This document shows positions 53,929 through 63,549 of a stretch of DNA of 64,000 nucleotides, in pieces (positions within the stretch are counted from its first letter, which is position 1; each line of letters starts with the position of its first letter). The notes beneath the pieces are model-generated. The model was not told the origin of the DNA. It did not search any database and saw only the letters and a list, made by a program, of their open reading frames with translations. The position numbers were made by a program, and so were the translations under genes. The stretch is from a virus. The DNA lies in the IMG/VR virus record IMGVR_UViG_3300005563_000029, positions 1-64,000 of that record; one strand, written 5' to 3'.

Positions 53929-54055
53929 GCGTCCAACGTTACGACGCCACGCCACATCTGTCAGCATCACCTGGTGCTTTGGTGGGTGCACTTTTCTGCA
54001 CGAGCTGCTGGTGAAGTCCAGCTTCTGTGCGCCGGCAACGGACGGGATCCCGGCC

Positions 54056-54451
54056 CTAGCCACAAGCCGCCCCTGCCTGCGCCTGAACCCGCTTCAGCGG
54101 CGCCGCGGGAACGGCGTTGACGTCGTAACCCGGATTGTCGGCCAGCCAAGCTGCCTGCGTGCAGAACCCCGGGTCCTTCGAGGTCTCCGCCGCGAGGTTG
54201 CTGAACGCGAGCGTGCAGTTCTGCAAGTTCACCCCGCCGAGTTGCTGTGCCGTCGCGGGCTGGCCCGGAACGATCACGCGTTCGATGATGTCGCCTTGCG
54301 ACTTCAGGTTGCATGTGGCCGGCGGCTGCGAACTGCTGGTGTCGTCGACCGCGGCCTGACTGGTCGGCGCTGCGGCGGGGCTGCTGGTGCTGCTGGAACA
54401 GCCAGCCAGCAGCAATACGGCACCTGCAACGGCAAGAACGGATGTGCGCAC
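54056..54451 (-). CDS. Lipoprotein
   Basis: Lipobox LLLAGC, Ser/Thr/Pro linker, four further Cys. Confidence 0.8.
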   Translation of the reverse strand: MRTSVLAVAGAVLLLAGCSSSTSSPAAAPTSQAAVDDTSSSQPPATCNLKSQGDIIERVIVPGQPATAQQLGGVNLQNCTLAFSNLAAETSKDPGFCTQAAWLADNPGYDVNAVPAAPLKRVQAQAGAACG

Positions 54452-54502
54452 GGATCCCCCCAGGGCGTGTGTGTCGTGCAGAACGAGAAGGTGAAGAACG
54501 AG

Positions 54503-54733
54503 CTACAGCCCGAACGCCTGCTTCACCTGGGCCCGCTGCTTGCCGGACAAGCCGCGGTTCACCACGTACCGGCGGCCGTCGGTGGTGGCAACGGTGACAC
54601 GGCCGAGCTGGCGGCTCACTGCGGAGATCTGCGTCCGCAGCACCACGACCTCGGCCGGTCCGAGGTGGACTCCGGTGCGCTTCAAGACCACGGCTTGGTC
54701 GTTGAATCTCGCCACGTTGTAGGCGTCGGCCAT
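54503..54733 (-). CDS. Hypothetical protein
   Basis: GAGGGG RBS. Confidence 0.6.
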   Translation of the reverse strand: MADAYNVARFNDQAVVLKRTGVHLGPAEVVVLRTQISAVSRQLGRVTVATTDGRRYVVNRGLSGKQRAQVKQAFGL

Positions 54734-55107
54734 GTGGTTCCCCCTCGGGCGGTGTGCCGGTGGCACGTCAGGCGATCAGCTTATGAACGGCCGCCGGGGG
54801 CGTCACTGGGCGTGTCCGGATCGTTGCTGATCAGTTCTCGGATTCGCTGGGTGGGGGACGGGCGATGGTCAAGGGGTCGCAAAGGCGCTCCGGGGCAGGT
54901 CAGAGTCGGTGGTTTAGGACATGAAGGGCTGCCGAAGTCGCTAAGATATATCAGTACACAAACGCCAAAACCGGGCCCGAAGGCCCGGTCTCGGAACGGC
55001 GAGTTCGCAGCTCGCCGTGAAGCTCTCCCGCCCCATCACAAGCAAGGAGTTCGCGTGACGCGTCTCTACACAATAGCCCATATCACCGCCCCTATGGGGA
55101 GGAACCG

Positions 55108-56124
55108 GTGATCACGGCCTCACCCATTCCCGAGGGCGTTGGCTGGGGCCCCGCCGTGCACTCCACGTCTCGCGACGTTCGTATCTCGCGCCGCGCGCTG
55201 GGGACTCTGGTGGAGTTGCTCAGCTACCCGCCGGGCTGGGACATGAACGCCGACAAGCTCGCCAAGCTCGGGCGTGAGGGTCGCGAAGCCACGCGCAAGG
55301 CAATGCGGGAGCTTGAGGATGCCGGCTACGTGATCCACCTGGTGTACCGGGGGACCGGCGGACGGATGCTGACTGCTTCGTTCGCAGGCAACACGCCGGA
55401 AGTTGCCAGGTCTTTGGCGGACGCCTGGTTGGAGGAGAACGCCCATCTCAACGCAAAGCAAAAGCCCAGCTCGCACCGAGGTACGGCAGACCGGGCGTCG
55501 GTAGACCAGGCGTCGGGTAACCGGGCGTCGGCTGACCGGACGTCGGTGGATCGGGCGTCTTCTATAAGACAGACAGAAGAAACTGACAGAAAGACTGACT
55601 CCAAGACAGACGAGAACACTGTGCGGGTTGCGGCTTCGCCGCAACCGAAGAGTTTTGGGTCAGAAGCGATCAACGACGGAACGGCAGCTGCGGCAGGCGG
55701 CGCCTCCGGCGGGGGCACCGCTGGCGCGGCGCCGACACAACTGATTGTTGTTGAAGAAGATTCGAACGACCTCGAACGACGGACCGCCGCTGTGGACCGT
55801 CGTCTTGCCTGCAACCGGTACATCGAACTGGTCTGGCACCTCAGCGACGAGGCTGTAACCGGCGTCATCGAGGAGCTTTTCAACACCAAGCCTCGAATGT
55901 GGCGCTGGGCACACAACGCCATGTGCGAGCACTACGGCTTGCCGCGGATCAAGAGCGAGTACGACGACTACGAGGCTCCGCCGACGCCAAAGCATGCGCG
56001 CATGGTGTACGAGAAGGCGCTGCGCCTGTCGTCGAAGAACTCTGACTGGGAGGACATCCTGGTTGATCCGCTTAACACCCTGAACCGCCCCGATCGGCCG
56101 CCGTCGTGGGCCGGCGCGGCCTAA
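55108..56124 (+). CDS. Phage replication initiator (N-terminal wHTH)
   Basis: ISRRALGTLVELLSYPPGW..EGREATRKAMRELEDAGY; internal iteron repeats. Confidence 0.8.
   Translation: MITASPIPEGVGWGPAVHSTSRDVRISRRALGTLVELLSYPPGWDMNADKLAKLGREGREATRKAMRELEDAGYVIHLVYRGTGGRMLTASFAGNTPEVARSLADAWLEENAHLNAKQKPSSHRGTADRASVDQASGNRASADRTSVDRASSIRQTEETDRKTDSKTDENTVRVAASPQPKSFGSEAINDGTAAAAGGASGGGTAGAAPTQLIVVEEDSNDLERRTAAVDRRLACNRYIELVWHLSDEAVTGVIEELFNTKPRMWRWAHNAMCEHYGLPRIKSEYDDYEAPPTPKHARMVYEKALRLSSKNSDWEDILVDPLNTLNRPDRPPSWAGAA
55489..55620 (+). repeat. Iteron array plus A-rich tract (putative origin)
   Basis: Five 15-bp units resembling GACCGGGCGTCGG, followed by purine-biased 12-bp AAGAC(T/A)GAC repeats. Confidence 0.75.
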
Positions 56125-56137
56125 CCGAAGGAGCGCT

Positions 56138-57037
56138 ATGTTCGACCTCGATTCTGACTACGAACCCGCGCCCGATCCCGGGCCGGCACTGTTTCCCGAA
56201 CCGAAACGGGACTACACGCTGCTCAGCCTGGATTCGCTGCCCGAGCCCGTCTGGGCCGATGTCGCATCCGAGTACCCGCTGCCAATGCGATGGCCCGTAG
56301 GTCGTGAAGAGGTCTACCGCCTGTATGGACCACACGGCGTCCTGCTGTACGTCGGACGATCCGTTCAGACCGGCGTCCGGCTGGAAACTCACGAAGCGAC
56401 GAAGCCGTGGTGGCCGCTGGTTGAAAACGTCACCATCCAACGGGAGTTCCCACTTGGCTCGTTTGAGATGGAGGAGTACAACGCGATCCTTACCGAGTTC
56501 CCGGTGTTCAACATCGATGGCGTTCCGTGGCGCAAGATCAAGCTGTCGGGGCGCCCGGTTGAGATGGACCGGCTGCGCAACCGGGTGCTGATTGCAAACG
56601 CCGTGAAGTGCCTGGATGACGATGCGGTCGAAGGTCGGCTTGCGGTTCTTCGCATAGCCCAGCCCGAGATGTTCGATGCCTACGACGACGACCCGCACGT
56701 GATGAAGTTCCGGTGGGCACCCGGGGAGTGGGACAGGACCACGCTCATCAAGGCCGAGGAGCGGTACTTCGAGGCGTTCGTTGCTGCCTACCGAGGCACG
56801 GACTGGCCTCGGTGGGGTATTGGCTCGACAATCCCCATTGACCGGCGCCGACTGGAATGGGTGCTGAAGTCGCCTCGGCCGCCGCTTTGGTGGGGTCGGG
56901 ATTGGTGGGGAACTGGGCCGGCTGGTGTGGTGCCGCCATATGCCGAGCCTGGAGACTTCCATGAGTTCCGTGATGAAACCTACGGTGTTGGCGATCTTGC
57001 CATGGCTGTTCAGTCCGCAGTCGGCCAGGAGGCCTAG
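56138..57037 (+). CDS. GIY-YIG nuclease domain protein
   Basis: VYRLYG..LLYVGRS..RLETH..KPWW..E..AI..EFPVFN. Confidence 0.8.
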   Translation: MFDLDSDYEPAPDPGPALFPEPKRDYTLLSLDSLPEPVWADVASEYPLPMRWPVGREEVYRLYGPHGVLLYVGRSVQTGVRLETHEATKPWWPLVENVTIQREFPLGSFEMEEYNAILTEFPVFNIDGVPWRKIKLSGRPVEMDRLRNRVLIANAVKCLDDDAVEGRLAVLRIAQPEMFDAYDDDPHVMKFRWAPGEWDRTTLIKAEERYFEAFVAAYRGTDWPRWGIGSTIPIDRRRLEWVLKSPRPPLWWGRDWWGTGPAGVVPPYAEPGDFHEFRDETYGVGDLAMAVQSAVGQEA

Positions 57038-57039
57038 CC

Positions 57040-57882
57040 GTGCCGTTCACCACCGACCCGTCCCGCTGGTACTACAGCGGCGAGCACCGCAGCACCTACA
57101 CCGACAAGCTTCAGCCCGGCGACATCATCGTCGCGAAACGCCGCCCGTACCGGATCCGCGAGATCAAGCCGCGCCCGCACGTCAACTGGGGCGAGGAGTA
57201 CCTGGCCGCGTGGGAGAAGTCCGGCCAGCCGGACCCGGAAACGTGGTGGCACCGGCCGTTCGTGTTGGTGCTGACCGAGGAGGACAAGCCGAACTCGAAG
57301 CGGGAGTTCCACTGCGAGGCTGCCGGGTCGCAGTACTGGACGGTGCTGCCGGAGCACTACGCCGTGTGCCGGCTGTGCGGGGAGCTGCCGCCGTGTAGGG
57401 ACGTCCACACCGATGCGGTGGTGGAGCACGCAACGGCGAAGATGAACGAGGCGATGCAGATCCTGCCCGGCGCCTGCCATGCCTGCCGCGAGCAGATTAG
57501 GCCGCGTCAGGGTTCGATCCGTTTCGAGGGCGAGAACCTGATCCGCCCGGACCTCGGGAACAACTCCGCGGTGTTTCACACCCGGCGGCAATGCTTCGGT
57601 GCGGCGTTCGACTACGACAAGAAGTGGGCTGTGGCCGAGCCGGGCCGGCGGGGGAAGCTGCACTGTGTCGGGCTGGTCGTTCACCACTTTGACGGCTCCA
57701 ACGAGTGCTCTCTTGGAGTGGGCTGCGCGGGCCCGATGGACGCGCTGGGGGAGTGGATGCGGCACCGCGGCGGCGAGACGTGGCACAGCGCTGGCCGCGG
57801 CTACGCGGACGACTGCTGGTGCACGTCCGGTGGGGAACGGCCCGCTTCGGTGGTCGTGGCCGACGACAAGACGCTGTTCTGA
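57040..57882 (+). CDS. Cys/His-rich hypothetical protein
   Basis: CRLC and CHAC motifs; GGAGG RBS. Confidence 0.75.
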   Translation: MPFTTDPSRWYYSGEHRSTYTDKLQPGDIIVAKRRPYRIREIKPRPHVNWGEEYLAAWEKSGQPDPETWWHRPFVLVLTEEDKPNSKREFHCEAAGSQYWTVLPEHYAVCRLCGELPPCRDVHTDAVVEHATAKMNEAMQILPGACHACREQIRPRQGSIRFEGENLIRPDLGNNSAVFHTRRQCFGAAFDYDKKWAVAEPGRRGKLHCVGLVVHHFDGSNECSLGVGCAGPMDALGEWMRHRGGETWHSAGRGYADDCWCTSGGERPASVVVADDKTLF

Positions 57883-57957
57883 CCTGCTGTCGCGCTCAGT
57901 TTTAACGCCCAGCCCCAGCACCCCGAACGCAAGGCACCATTGACTGAAGGAGGAGCC

Positions 57958-58479
57958 ATGGCTCGCGGAAAGTACGCGGTGAAGTCCGCGCAGAACCGTG
58001 CCGAGAACGCCGGGCTGCGCGCCGAGCACCTGAAGCAGGACCTGGACGACGAACGCAAGCAGCACGCGGTTGAGGTGTCCGCACTGAAGGCGACGGTCGA
58101 GAAGCTGTCGGCACAGCTGACTGGCGCCGTCGCGGATCTGGCGGCCGAGGAGGTGCGGCGCGTCGAAGCCAACTGCGCCGAGCAGATCCGGGCCGAACGC
58201 GACCGGCACCGCGATGCCGCGTTGGAGTCGTTCCGCCGTATCGGCAAGGCGATCGTGTTCCACGCGCCGAGCAACACCTGGCACATCCCGGGCGATGACG
58301 TTCGGGTACTAATCGGGGAGCTGGCGAAGCTGTTCGATGTTCCGGCAGGCGAGGCCGATGAGGCTGCTGCCCGCCAGGCCGGCGCGGGCACGACACGGGA
58401 TCAGCGGCGTGCGGATGCGAAGCGGCACAAGGCTTCGGCGACGGGCCAGCAGTACGTGGTGCTGCGGGGTGTGCGGTGA
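57958..58479 (+). CDS. Coiled-coil hypothetical protein
   Basis: AAGGAGGAG RBS. Confidence 0.7.
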   Translation: MARGKYAVKSAQNRAENAGLRAEHLKQDLDDERKQHAVEVSALKATVEKLSAQLTGAVADLAAEEVRRVEANCAEQIRAERDRHRDAALESFRRIGKAIVFHAPSNTWHIPGDDVRVLIGELAKLFDVPAGEADEAAARQAGAGTTRDQRRADAKRHKASATGQQYVVLRGVR

Positions 58480-58901
58480 GCCTGAAGGATCAGCCCATCG
58501 AGCGTTTTGTGATACGCGACGGCGGCGTGTGCGGGCTGTGCGGTGTTGTCGTGAACTCTGGCGAGGCCACCCGGGACCATGTGATCCCTGCGAGCCTGGG
58601 CGGTGCCAGGTCACGCCACAACCTGCGGCTGGCCCACAGGGTGTGCAACGAGGCCCGTGCGGATGCTTTCCCGAGTGGGGAGTTCCGGGGCATTTCCGAG
58701 GAGACGCAGCGCATCGTGTGGCGGCGCGACCGCGGCCGGTGCCACAGCTGCCGTGCAACGGAAGGGCTGCTGTTCCACCGCCCGCTCGGTCGTCATGCGG
58801 TCCGGCCGTGGTTGGTGCTGGTCTTGTGCACAACCTGTGCGGCGGCGCGGCGGAAGACACGGAACCAGCGGAAGCTCACCACCATCATCAAGGAGAACTG
58901 A
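58476..58901 (+). CDS. HNH endonuclease
   Basis: RDGGVCGLCG..TRDHVIPASLGG..HNLRLAHRVCN. Confidence 0.88.
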   Translation: MSLKDQPIERFVIRDGGVCGLCGVVVNSGEATRDHVIPASLGGARSRHNLRLAHRVCNEARADAFPSGEFRGISEETQRIVWRRDRGRCHSCRATEGLLFHRPLGRHAVRPWLVLVLCTTCAAARRKTRNQRKLTTIIKEN

Positions 58902-58902
58902 C

Positions 58903-59739
58903 ATGGCCCCCTGGCACACCTACAACGACGCGAACCACGTCTACGAGAACGAAGACGCCGTGGCGGTCCTCGACGGCCGCGAAATTCTGGGCGAGTGGGT
59001 GCTGACCCACCCCACGCGAGGCCAGGCGATGATCCGCCTGTGGGAGAACGGCGAGGACGTGCACGTCTGGCACGGCGAAGGCGTCGGCTTCGACCACTGC
59101 CCGGACCAGGCCGACTCGTATCCCGGCGGCTGGGCGTACATCAGGGACGAGCTGCTGCCCGAGCTGGTCGGCGAGGGCTACGCGGTGGACGCGGCGCTGG
59201 TGTCGGAGAGCCTGACGGATGAGCAGCCGACCATCATCGGCGCAGGCAGCCCCGAGACGTCCGCACTCACCCACTGCCCGGAGTGCGGCTCGGCAGAGTG
59301 GCTCGACGACGGCCGCCGCGGCTGGAACGCGGTTGACGTCGAGTGCGAGGTCTGCGCGGGCACCTACGATGACGGGCCCGATGATACGGATGAACCGGTG
59401 ATTGCCGAGCCGACGCCGTGGTGGGAACTGTCCGGCATTGAGCGTGCGATCGCCAAGTACAAGCAGTGCGAGGAACCCGGCGACTGCGACCACGACCACG
59501 ACGACGCGATCGAGTACTTCCGCGAGCAGGAGCTGAACGGGCTGCGGGAGCGCGCGGAGAAGGCCGAGGCCAAGGCGGCTGATCTCAACGCCATGTTGGC
59601 GCTGTACGTGACCCGCTTCGGCAACCACGTGTTTTCGCAGGCGGACATGGCCCGCGCCGGTGTGCTGCTCATGACCGACGCCGAGCTGGCCGAACTTGCG
59701 CAATCGTCGGTACACAGCGAAGGAAGCGACGATGCCTGA
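58903..59739 (+). CDS. Hypothetical acidic protein with zinc ribbon
   Basis: AAGGAG RBS; CPECG..CEVC. Confidence 0.7.
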   Translation: MAPWHTYNDANHVYENEDAVAVLDGREILGEWVLTHPTRGQAMIRLWENGEDVHVWHGEGVGFDHCPDQADSYPGGWAYIRDELLPELVGEGYAVDAALVSESLTDEQPTIIGAGSPETSALTHCPECGSAEWLDDGRRGWNAVDVECEVCAGTYDDGPDDTDEPVIAEPTPWWELSGIERAIAKYKQCEEPGDCDHDHDDAIEYFREQELNGLRERAEKAEAKAADLNAMLALYVTRFGNHVFSQADMARAGVLLMTDAELAELAQSSVHSEGSDDA

Positions 59740-60118
59740 GCAGACCTCAACCCTGCCGTTCACGGCGGACGGCACCACCGTCCACGCCCGCGCCACCACG
59801 TACTCCGTCAGTTGCCTGCCGGACGACCCGGTTGATGGCAACTCCTGGGAGATTGCGGTTGAGTTCCGCGGCGGCGTCACTATCGACGGCGAGCCGCGCC
59901 CGCTGGACAGGCAGTGGGCTGTGATCTTCCGTGGCCTCTGGCACCTCAGCCATGACGGGACTTGGGATCTACGGGGCGACCAGTCCGACGACGAGTGGCT
60001 CGCTACACACCGTTTCGATCTGGAGACGGCGCTGCGGGTGGCGGCCGAGCAGGCGCCGCTGGTGAAGGTGAGCGGGATGACGGCGGCGGATCTGTTGGCG
60101 TGGAGGGCTGAGCAGTGA
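59732..60118 (+). CDS. Hypothetical protein
   Basis: ATTYSVSCLP..WLATHRFDLETAL actinophage-type motif. Confidence 0.7.
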   Translation: MPEQTSTLPFTADGTTVHARATTYSVSCLPDDPVDGNSWEIAVEFRGGVTIDGEPRPLDRQWAVIFRGLWHLSHDGTWDLRGDQSDDEWLATHRFDLETALRVAAEQAPLVKVSGMTAADLLAWRAEQ

Positions 60119-60336
60119 GCGACAGGGCAATGACGCTTCGCCTGCCCGCGGACCTGGCCGAAGAACTTGATCTCGTCTGCGCCGTGGATGACGTCCCAGT
60201 GGCCGAAGCCGTTCGTACCGCGATTGCCGAGCACATCAAGAAGCGCGTACAGGAGCCGCACTTTCAGCTCTGCCTGCGGGCCCAGATCGAGCGGATGCAG
60301 CAGATGGCGACGAGCGGGGAGGGCGACGATGCCTGA
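60115..60336 (+). CDS. Ribbon-helix-helix protein
   Basis: AMTLRLPADLAEEL..VAEAVRTAI. Confidence 0.75.
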   Translation: MSDRAMTLRLPADLAEELDLVCAVDDVPVAEAVRTAIAEHIKKRVQEPHFQLCLRAQIERMQQMATSGEGDDA

Positions 60337-61138
60337 CGACCTGCCCCGCCTGCGTTCCCACGACGACCTCACCACCCGCATCTGGCGCGACAAGCGCTGC
60401 AATTCCGGCACCCGCGAGCTGCTGCTGGCGATCGCGTGGATCCTGGGCCGCGACCCCGACTACGGCACGCTCCCGAACTGCGAGCGTGGCTCATACCTGT
60501 GGCGGCAACTGCGGGTTATGCTCGGCCCGGACGAGCGGCGCCGACGACAGCCCCGCTACAAGGCTCTGGTGGCCGATGACGCCCCCCGGTACGTGCCGCC
60601 GAACACATGGGGCGACCGGTTCTGTGAGGCGCCCCGAGTCCGCCCGTACCGGCCGCGCAACACCGGCAACGGGATCGTGTCGCCGACGTGCCTGATCAAG
60701 CATCCGCACGCGGGGGAGTGCCGATTCACGGTGGTCCACAGCGAAGCGTCCGCCGCCGCGATCTCGAAGCTCGCACCAGAGTCGTCTAACACCTGCGACG
60801 CCCCGGCGAAGCTGGACTTCCACCTCATCGAGCGCGACCCGCTGACCGGCTGGCACATCGGCCATGACTTTTGCGGGCGGCACCGGGACCAGTACGAGCG
60901 GGTGAAGACGCAGCTTGCTGCCGCACCTGAGGCGCCGGAGCCGATACCGAACGTCGGCGGCCTGCTGCCGTGCTACTTCAAGGCCGACTGGGCGCGGGTG
61001 TACGCGGAGATGCGGCCGGGATGGACGGTGCCGGAGTACGGGATCGCGGCGGACGACTGGCCTGGCGTGGTCAGCGGCGGGGCGGCACCGCGGTATCCGA
61101 GGCTGCGGCTGATCGTGGGGGAGATGGCTGATGTGTAA
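60329..61138 (+). CDS. Hypothetical protein
   Basis: GGAGGG RBS; Cys/His motifs. Confidence 0.7.
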   Translation: MPDDLPRLRSHDDLTTRIWRDKRCNSGTRELLLAIAWILGRDPDYGTLPNCERGSYLWRQLRVMLGPDERRRRQPRYKALVADDAPRYVPPNTWGDRFCEAPRVRPYRPRNTGNGIVSPTCLIKHPHAGECRFTVVHSEASAAAISKLAPESSNTCDAPAKLDFHLIERDPLTGWHIGHDFCGRHRDQYERVKTQLAAAPEAPEPIPNVGGLLPCYFKADWARVYAEMRPGWTVPEYGIAADDWPGVVSGGAAPRYPRLRLIVGEMADV

Positions 61139-61724
61139 GCAGATGAGGAAACCCAAGGCTCGGCTGGGACGCACCAAAGCGGCCGGCACTGGCGCCTGTA
61201 CGGCTCGGTGTAGCTGCGGATGGCGGTTCGAGGCGCCGACTGAGGACCTACTTCTTTCGAGCTGGCGAAGCCACACAGAGCGGGAGTTCTGGCTGCATCG
61301 GGGAACAGCGAAAACCCGAGGCGCCACATGCGGACATCCGAGCACTGTGGCCTGCCGCGAGACTACGACCGGCGATCTTGTGGCGTGGCTATGTACCGGC
61401 TGCGACAAGCAACTGCCGGCCGGGTGGAGAACGGAGGGCGACGTAAAGCGCGGGCGGATGCAGTGCAAGGACATTCCGAACGATCTGGTGATCCAGGCCA
61501 TTGCCAACACTGCCCGGGAGGCCCGCGGCGGTAGCTGGCGAATGTGGTGGGACGTGCTGCCGGCGTTCGACCGGTTGATGCCGGACGTTCCACGTGGCCT
61601 GCTGTTCGCGAAGATCGATCGCATGGCGGGTGCAGGCCTGGTTCATGCTTGTGTTCACCGGCCGTACAACGGCGACCAGTGCCGTGGCGACGTGCACCTG
61701 CCGAGCGAATGCCGAGGCTGCTGA
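61131..61724 (+). CDS. Cys-rich hypothetical protein
   Basis: CSCG and CTGC motifs; MQCKDIP module may start separately. Confidence 0.6.
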   Translation: MCKQMRKPKARLGRTKAAGTGACTARCSCGWRFEAPTEDLLLSSWRSHTEREFWLHRGTAKTRGATCGHPSTVACRETTTGDLVAWLCTGCDKQLPAGWRTEGDVKRGRMQCKDIPNDLVIQAIANTAREARGGSWRMWWDVLPAFDRLMPDVPRGLLFAKIDRMAGAGLVHACVHRPYNGDQCRGDVHLPSECRGC

Positions 61725-62053
61725 TGCCTGAGCTGACTGACGACCGGATCGATCTGCTGGCCCTGTTCGCCGCCTCCGATGGTCCCGAGGTGTTGGGCTT
61801 GCTTGTGGTGGTGCTGTCGTCGCCGCCGGAGACATCGTGGTGGCGCCCGTGGCGTCACTGGCGCGCGGAGATGGCGTGGGTGGACCGCAACAAGGAGATT
61901 GCGGCCGAAGCCGCCGTGCTGGCCGACAGGGGGCTTCTGCGGTGCGTGCGGAGCCACCGGTGGTCGGAGTTGAAGAGCGTGTACGAGATCACCGATGCCG
62001 GGCGGGCGGCGAGTGAAGCTGCCGCAATCGGCGTTACGGAAGGAGCGTCATGA
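61724..62053 (+). CDS. Hypothetical protein (wHTH-like C-terminus)
   Basis: LADRGLL..YEITDAGR; TGATG coupling. Confidence 0.55.
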   Translation: MPELTDDRIDLLALFAASDGPEVLGLLVVVLSSPPETSWWRPWRHWRAEMAWVDRNKEIAAEAAVLADRGLLRCVRSHRWSELKSVYEITDAGRAASEAAAIGVTEGAS

Positions 62054-62556
62054 ACGAGAAGACGAAGCCGATCAGCGCCAGCGACGCCTACGCCGGCACC
62101 GGCAGCAACGAGGAGCTGTGGCCCATCCTGGCCAGCCACGGCGCCGTCACCGACCCGAACGACATACGCGACAGCTACCTGGCGACGGTGCCGATCAACT
62201 GGCGGAACGCGGCCTGCAAGGACGTGGCCGACCGGTACCAGGACGCGAAGACGCGGGCTGAGGAAGCTGAGGCCGATGTGGAGCGGTTGCGTGCGCACCT
62301 GGAGGTTTCGTTTGGCGCGAGCGAAGCCCTGTGCGAGAACGCCAACAATCTCGACAGCAAGGTGCGGCGGCTTCGCGCTCAGCTGGCCGAGGCGACGGCG
62401 CTGCTCGGTCACTTCGTCGACCATGAGGATCAGCCGTGCGAGTTGAACCACCACGGCGCCTGCAAGGCGCACGGCGGGTCCGAGCTGAGGCCGTGCGATG
62501 TCGCGGTCGGGCGGGAGTTGTTGGGACGGCTCCGCGGGGGCGGTAAGGCGCGGTGA
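62050..62556 (+). CDS. Hypothetical coiled-coil protein
   Basis: AAGGAG RBS; PCELNHHGACKAH motif. Confidence 0.7.
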   Translation: MNEKTKPISASDAYAGTGSNEELWPILASHGAVTDPNDIRDSYLATVPINWRNAACKDVADRYQDAKTRAEEAEADVERLRAHLEVSFGASEALCENANNLDSKVRRLRAQLAEATALLGHFVDHEDQPCELNHHGACKAHGGSELRPCDVAVGRELLGRLRGGGKAR

Positions 62557-62789
62557 GCGCACGTCGTGCCCGTCGGGTCGCGCGTCGCGAGTGCGAGATC
62601 CTCGGCGCGATCGCCAGCGAGGCGGACGGTGCGTCGATAGACGTGATCTCCGAGAAGCTCGGCCGTGACCGTGACGACGTGTACGGGCATCTCGTGTGGA
62701 TTGAACACCACGGTCAGGTCATCAGCGAGCTGGTGGGTCAAGGCGAGTCCAGCTACCGCGTGTACTGGCTTCCGGGGTGGAAGCGGTGA
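62553..62789 (+). CDS. Small wHTH protein
   Basis: ISEKLGRDRDDVYGHL..YRVYWL. Confidence 0.6.
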   Translation: MSARRARRVARRECEILGAIASEADGASIDVISEKLGRDRDDVYGHLVWIEHHGQVISELVGQGESSYRVYWLPGWKR

Positions 62790-63058
62790 CCGACCCGGAC
62801 GCCGCCCTCAGCGTGTCTCTCGCGGCCGTCAGCGCCCGCCTGGGCGCCGGCTACGTTGCGGCTGTTCGCCAGTTCCGCGCGCGGCTGGAAGAGGTCTACA
62901 GCGCCGCCTACGCCGACTGGGACAGGCTTATGGACGGGCCGAGTGGGGCCGCAGGTGGAGGGCTGATCAGTTCTTGTCGAGTGCCCGTGTCTGGGCCGCG
63001 GCCTCGGCAAAGAAATCGACCTCGGTTTCCATGCGGTCCAAGCAGTTCGTTGCCTTGA
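62786..63058 (+). CDS. Hypothetical protein
   Basis: GTGA coupling; overlaps the convergent gene at its 3' end. Confidence 0.4.
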   Translation: MTDPDAALSVSLAAVSARLGAGYVAAVRQFRARLEEVYSAAYADWDRLMDGPSGAAGGGLISSCRVPVSGPRPRQRNRPRFPCGPSSSLP

Positions 63059-63182
63059 TCCGCTCGTCCACCGTGAGGCGCGGCCATGCTTCCTGCACGC
63101 GCAGGCGCATGACGGCGAGGGTGAAGTTCAAACCATGAGGCAACTGGGCACCGGACGGTTCGTCCGTGGAGTCGTCAGGCAT
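62967..63182 (-). CDS. Hypothetical protein
   Basis: AAGGA RBS; overlaps the upstream HTH gene. Confidence 0.55.
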   Translation of the reverse strand: MPDDSTDEPSGAQLPHGLNFTLAVMRLRVQEAWPRLTVDERIKATNCLDRMETEVDFFAEAAAQTRALDKN

Positions 63183-63426
63183 CCGGCTTGTCCTTGATGG
63201 TCCGCACGGTTGGTGTGCGTCCCCGACCTCGGATCTGCACGCCCCGCTTGATCAGGATCCTGCGCACCTGCTCGTGACTGAGCTTGGTCGTATGCGCGAT
63301 GTCGCGCAGGCTTTCCTGGTTCTCTTCGTAGGCCTTGACGATTAGGTCTTCTTTGCGGGCGCGGGCGTTGGCCTCGCGGGCGGTTTCTTCGGCGAGCTTG
63401 GCCATCACGTCCTCCACGGCGCTCAT
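63175..63426 (-). CDS. HTH DNA-binding protein
   Basis: SLRDIAHTTKLSHEQVRRILIKRGVQIR. Confidence 0.8.
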   Translation of the reverse strand: MSAVEDVMAKLAEETAREANARARKEDLIVKAYEENQESLRDIAHTTKLSHEQVRRILIKRGVQIRGRGRTPTVRTIKDKPDA

Positions 63427-63462
63427 GATCGCAGATCGTCTGGTGGTTCCGTGGCCAATCTT

Positions 63463-63530
63463 AAGTCACATCCGTTGACTTTGGAAGGCGCGAGTGAGAT
63501 GCTGGACCTATAGTCACAGGATGTGACTTT
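63463..63530. promoter_or_regulatory. Divergent promoter region with two palindromic operators
   Basis: AAGTCACATCCGTTGACTT (63463) and AGTCACAGGATGTGACT (63512); TTGACT-N17-GATGCT promoter at 63475-63503. Confidence 0.7.
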
Positions 63531-63549
63531 AGGGGGAGAGGGAGAAGCG

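Noticed and set aside
55489-55563. Possible CRISPR-like array
   Set aside because: The units are contiguous 15-mers without spacers, in frame within a gene, and no cas genes are present; better explained as iterons
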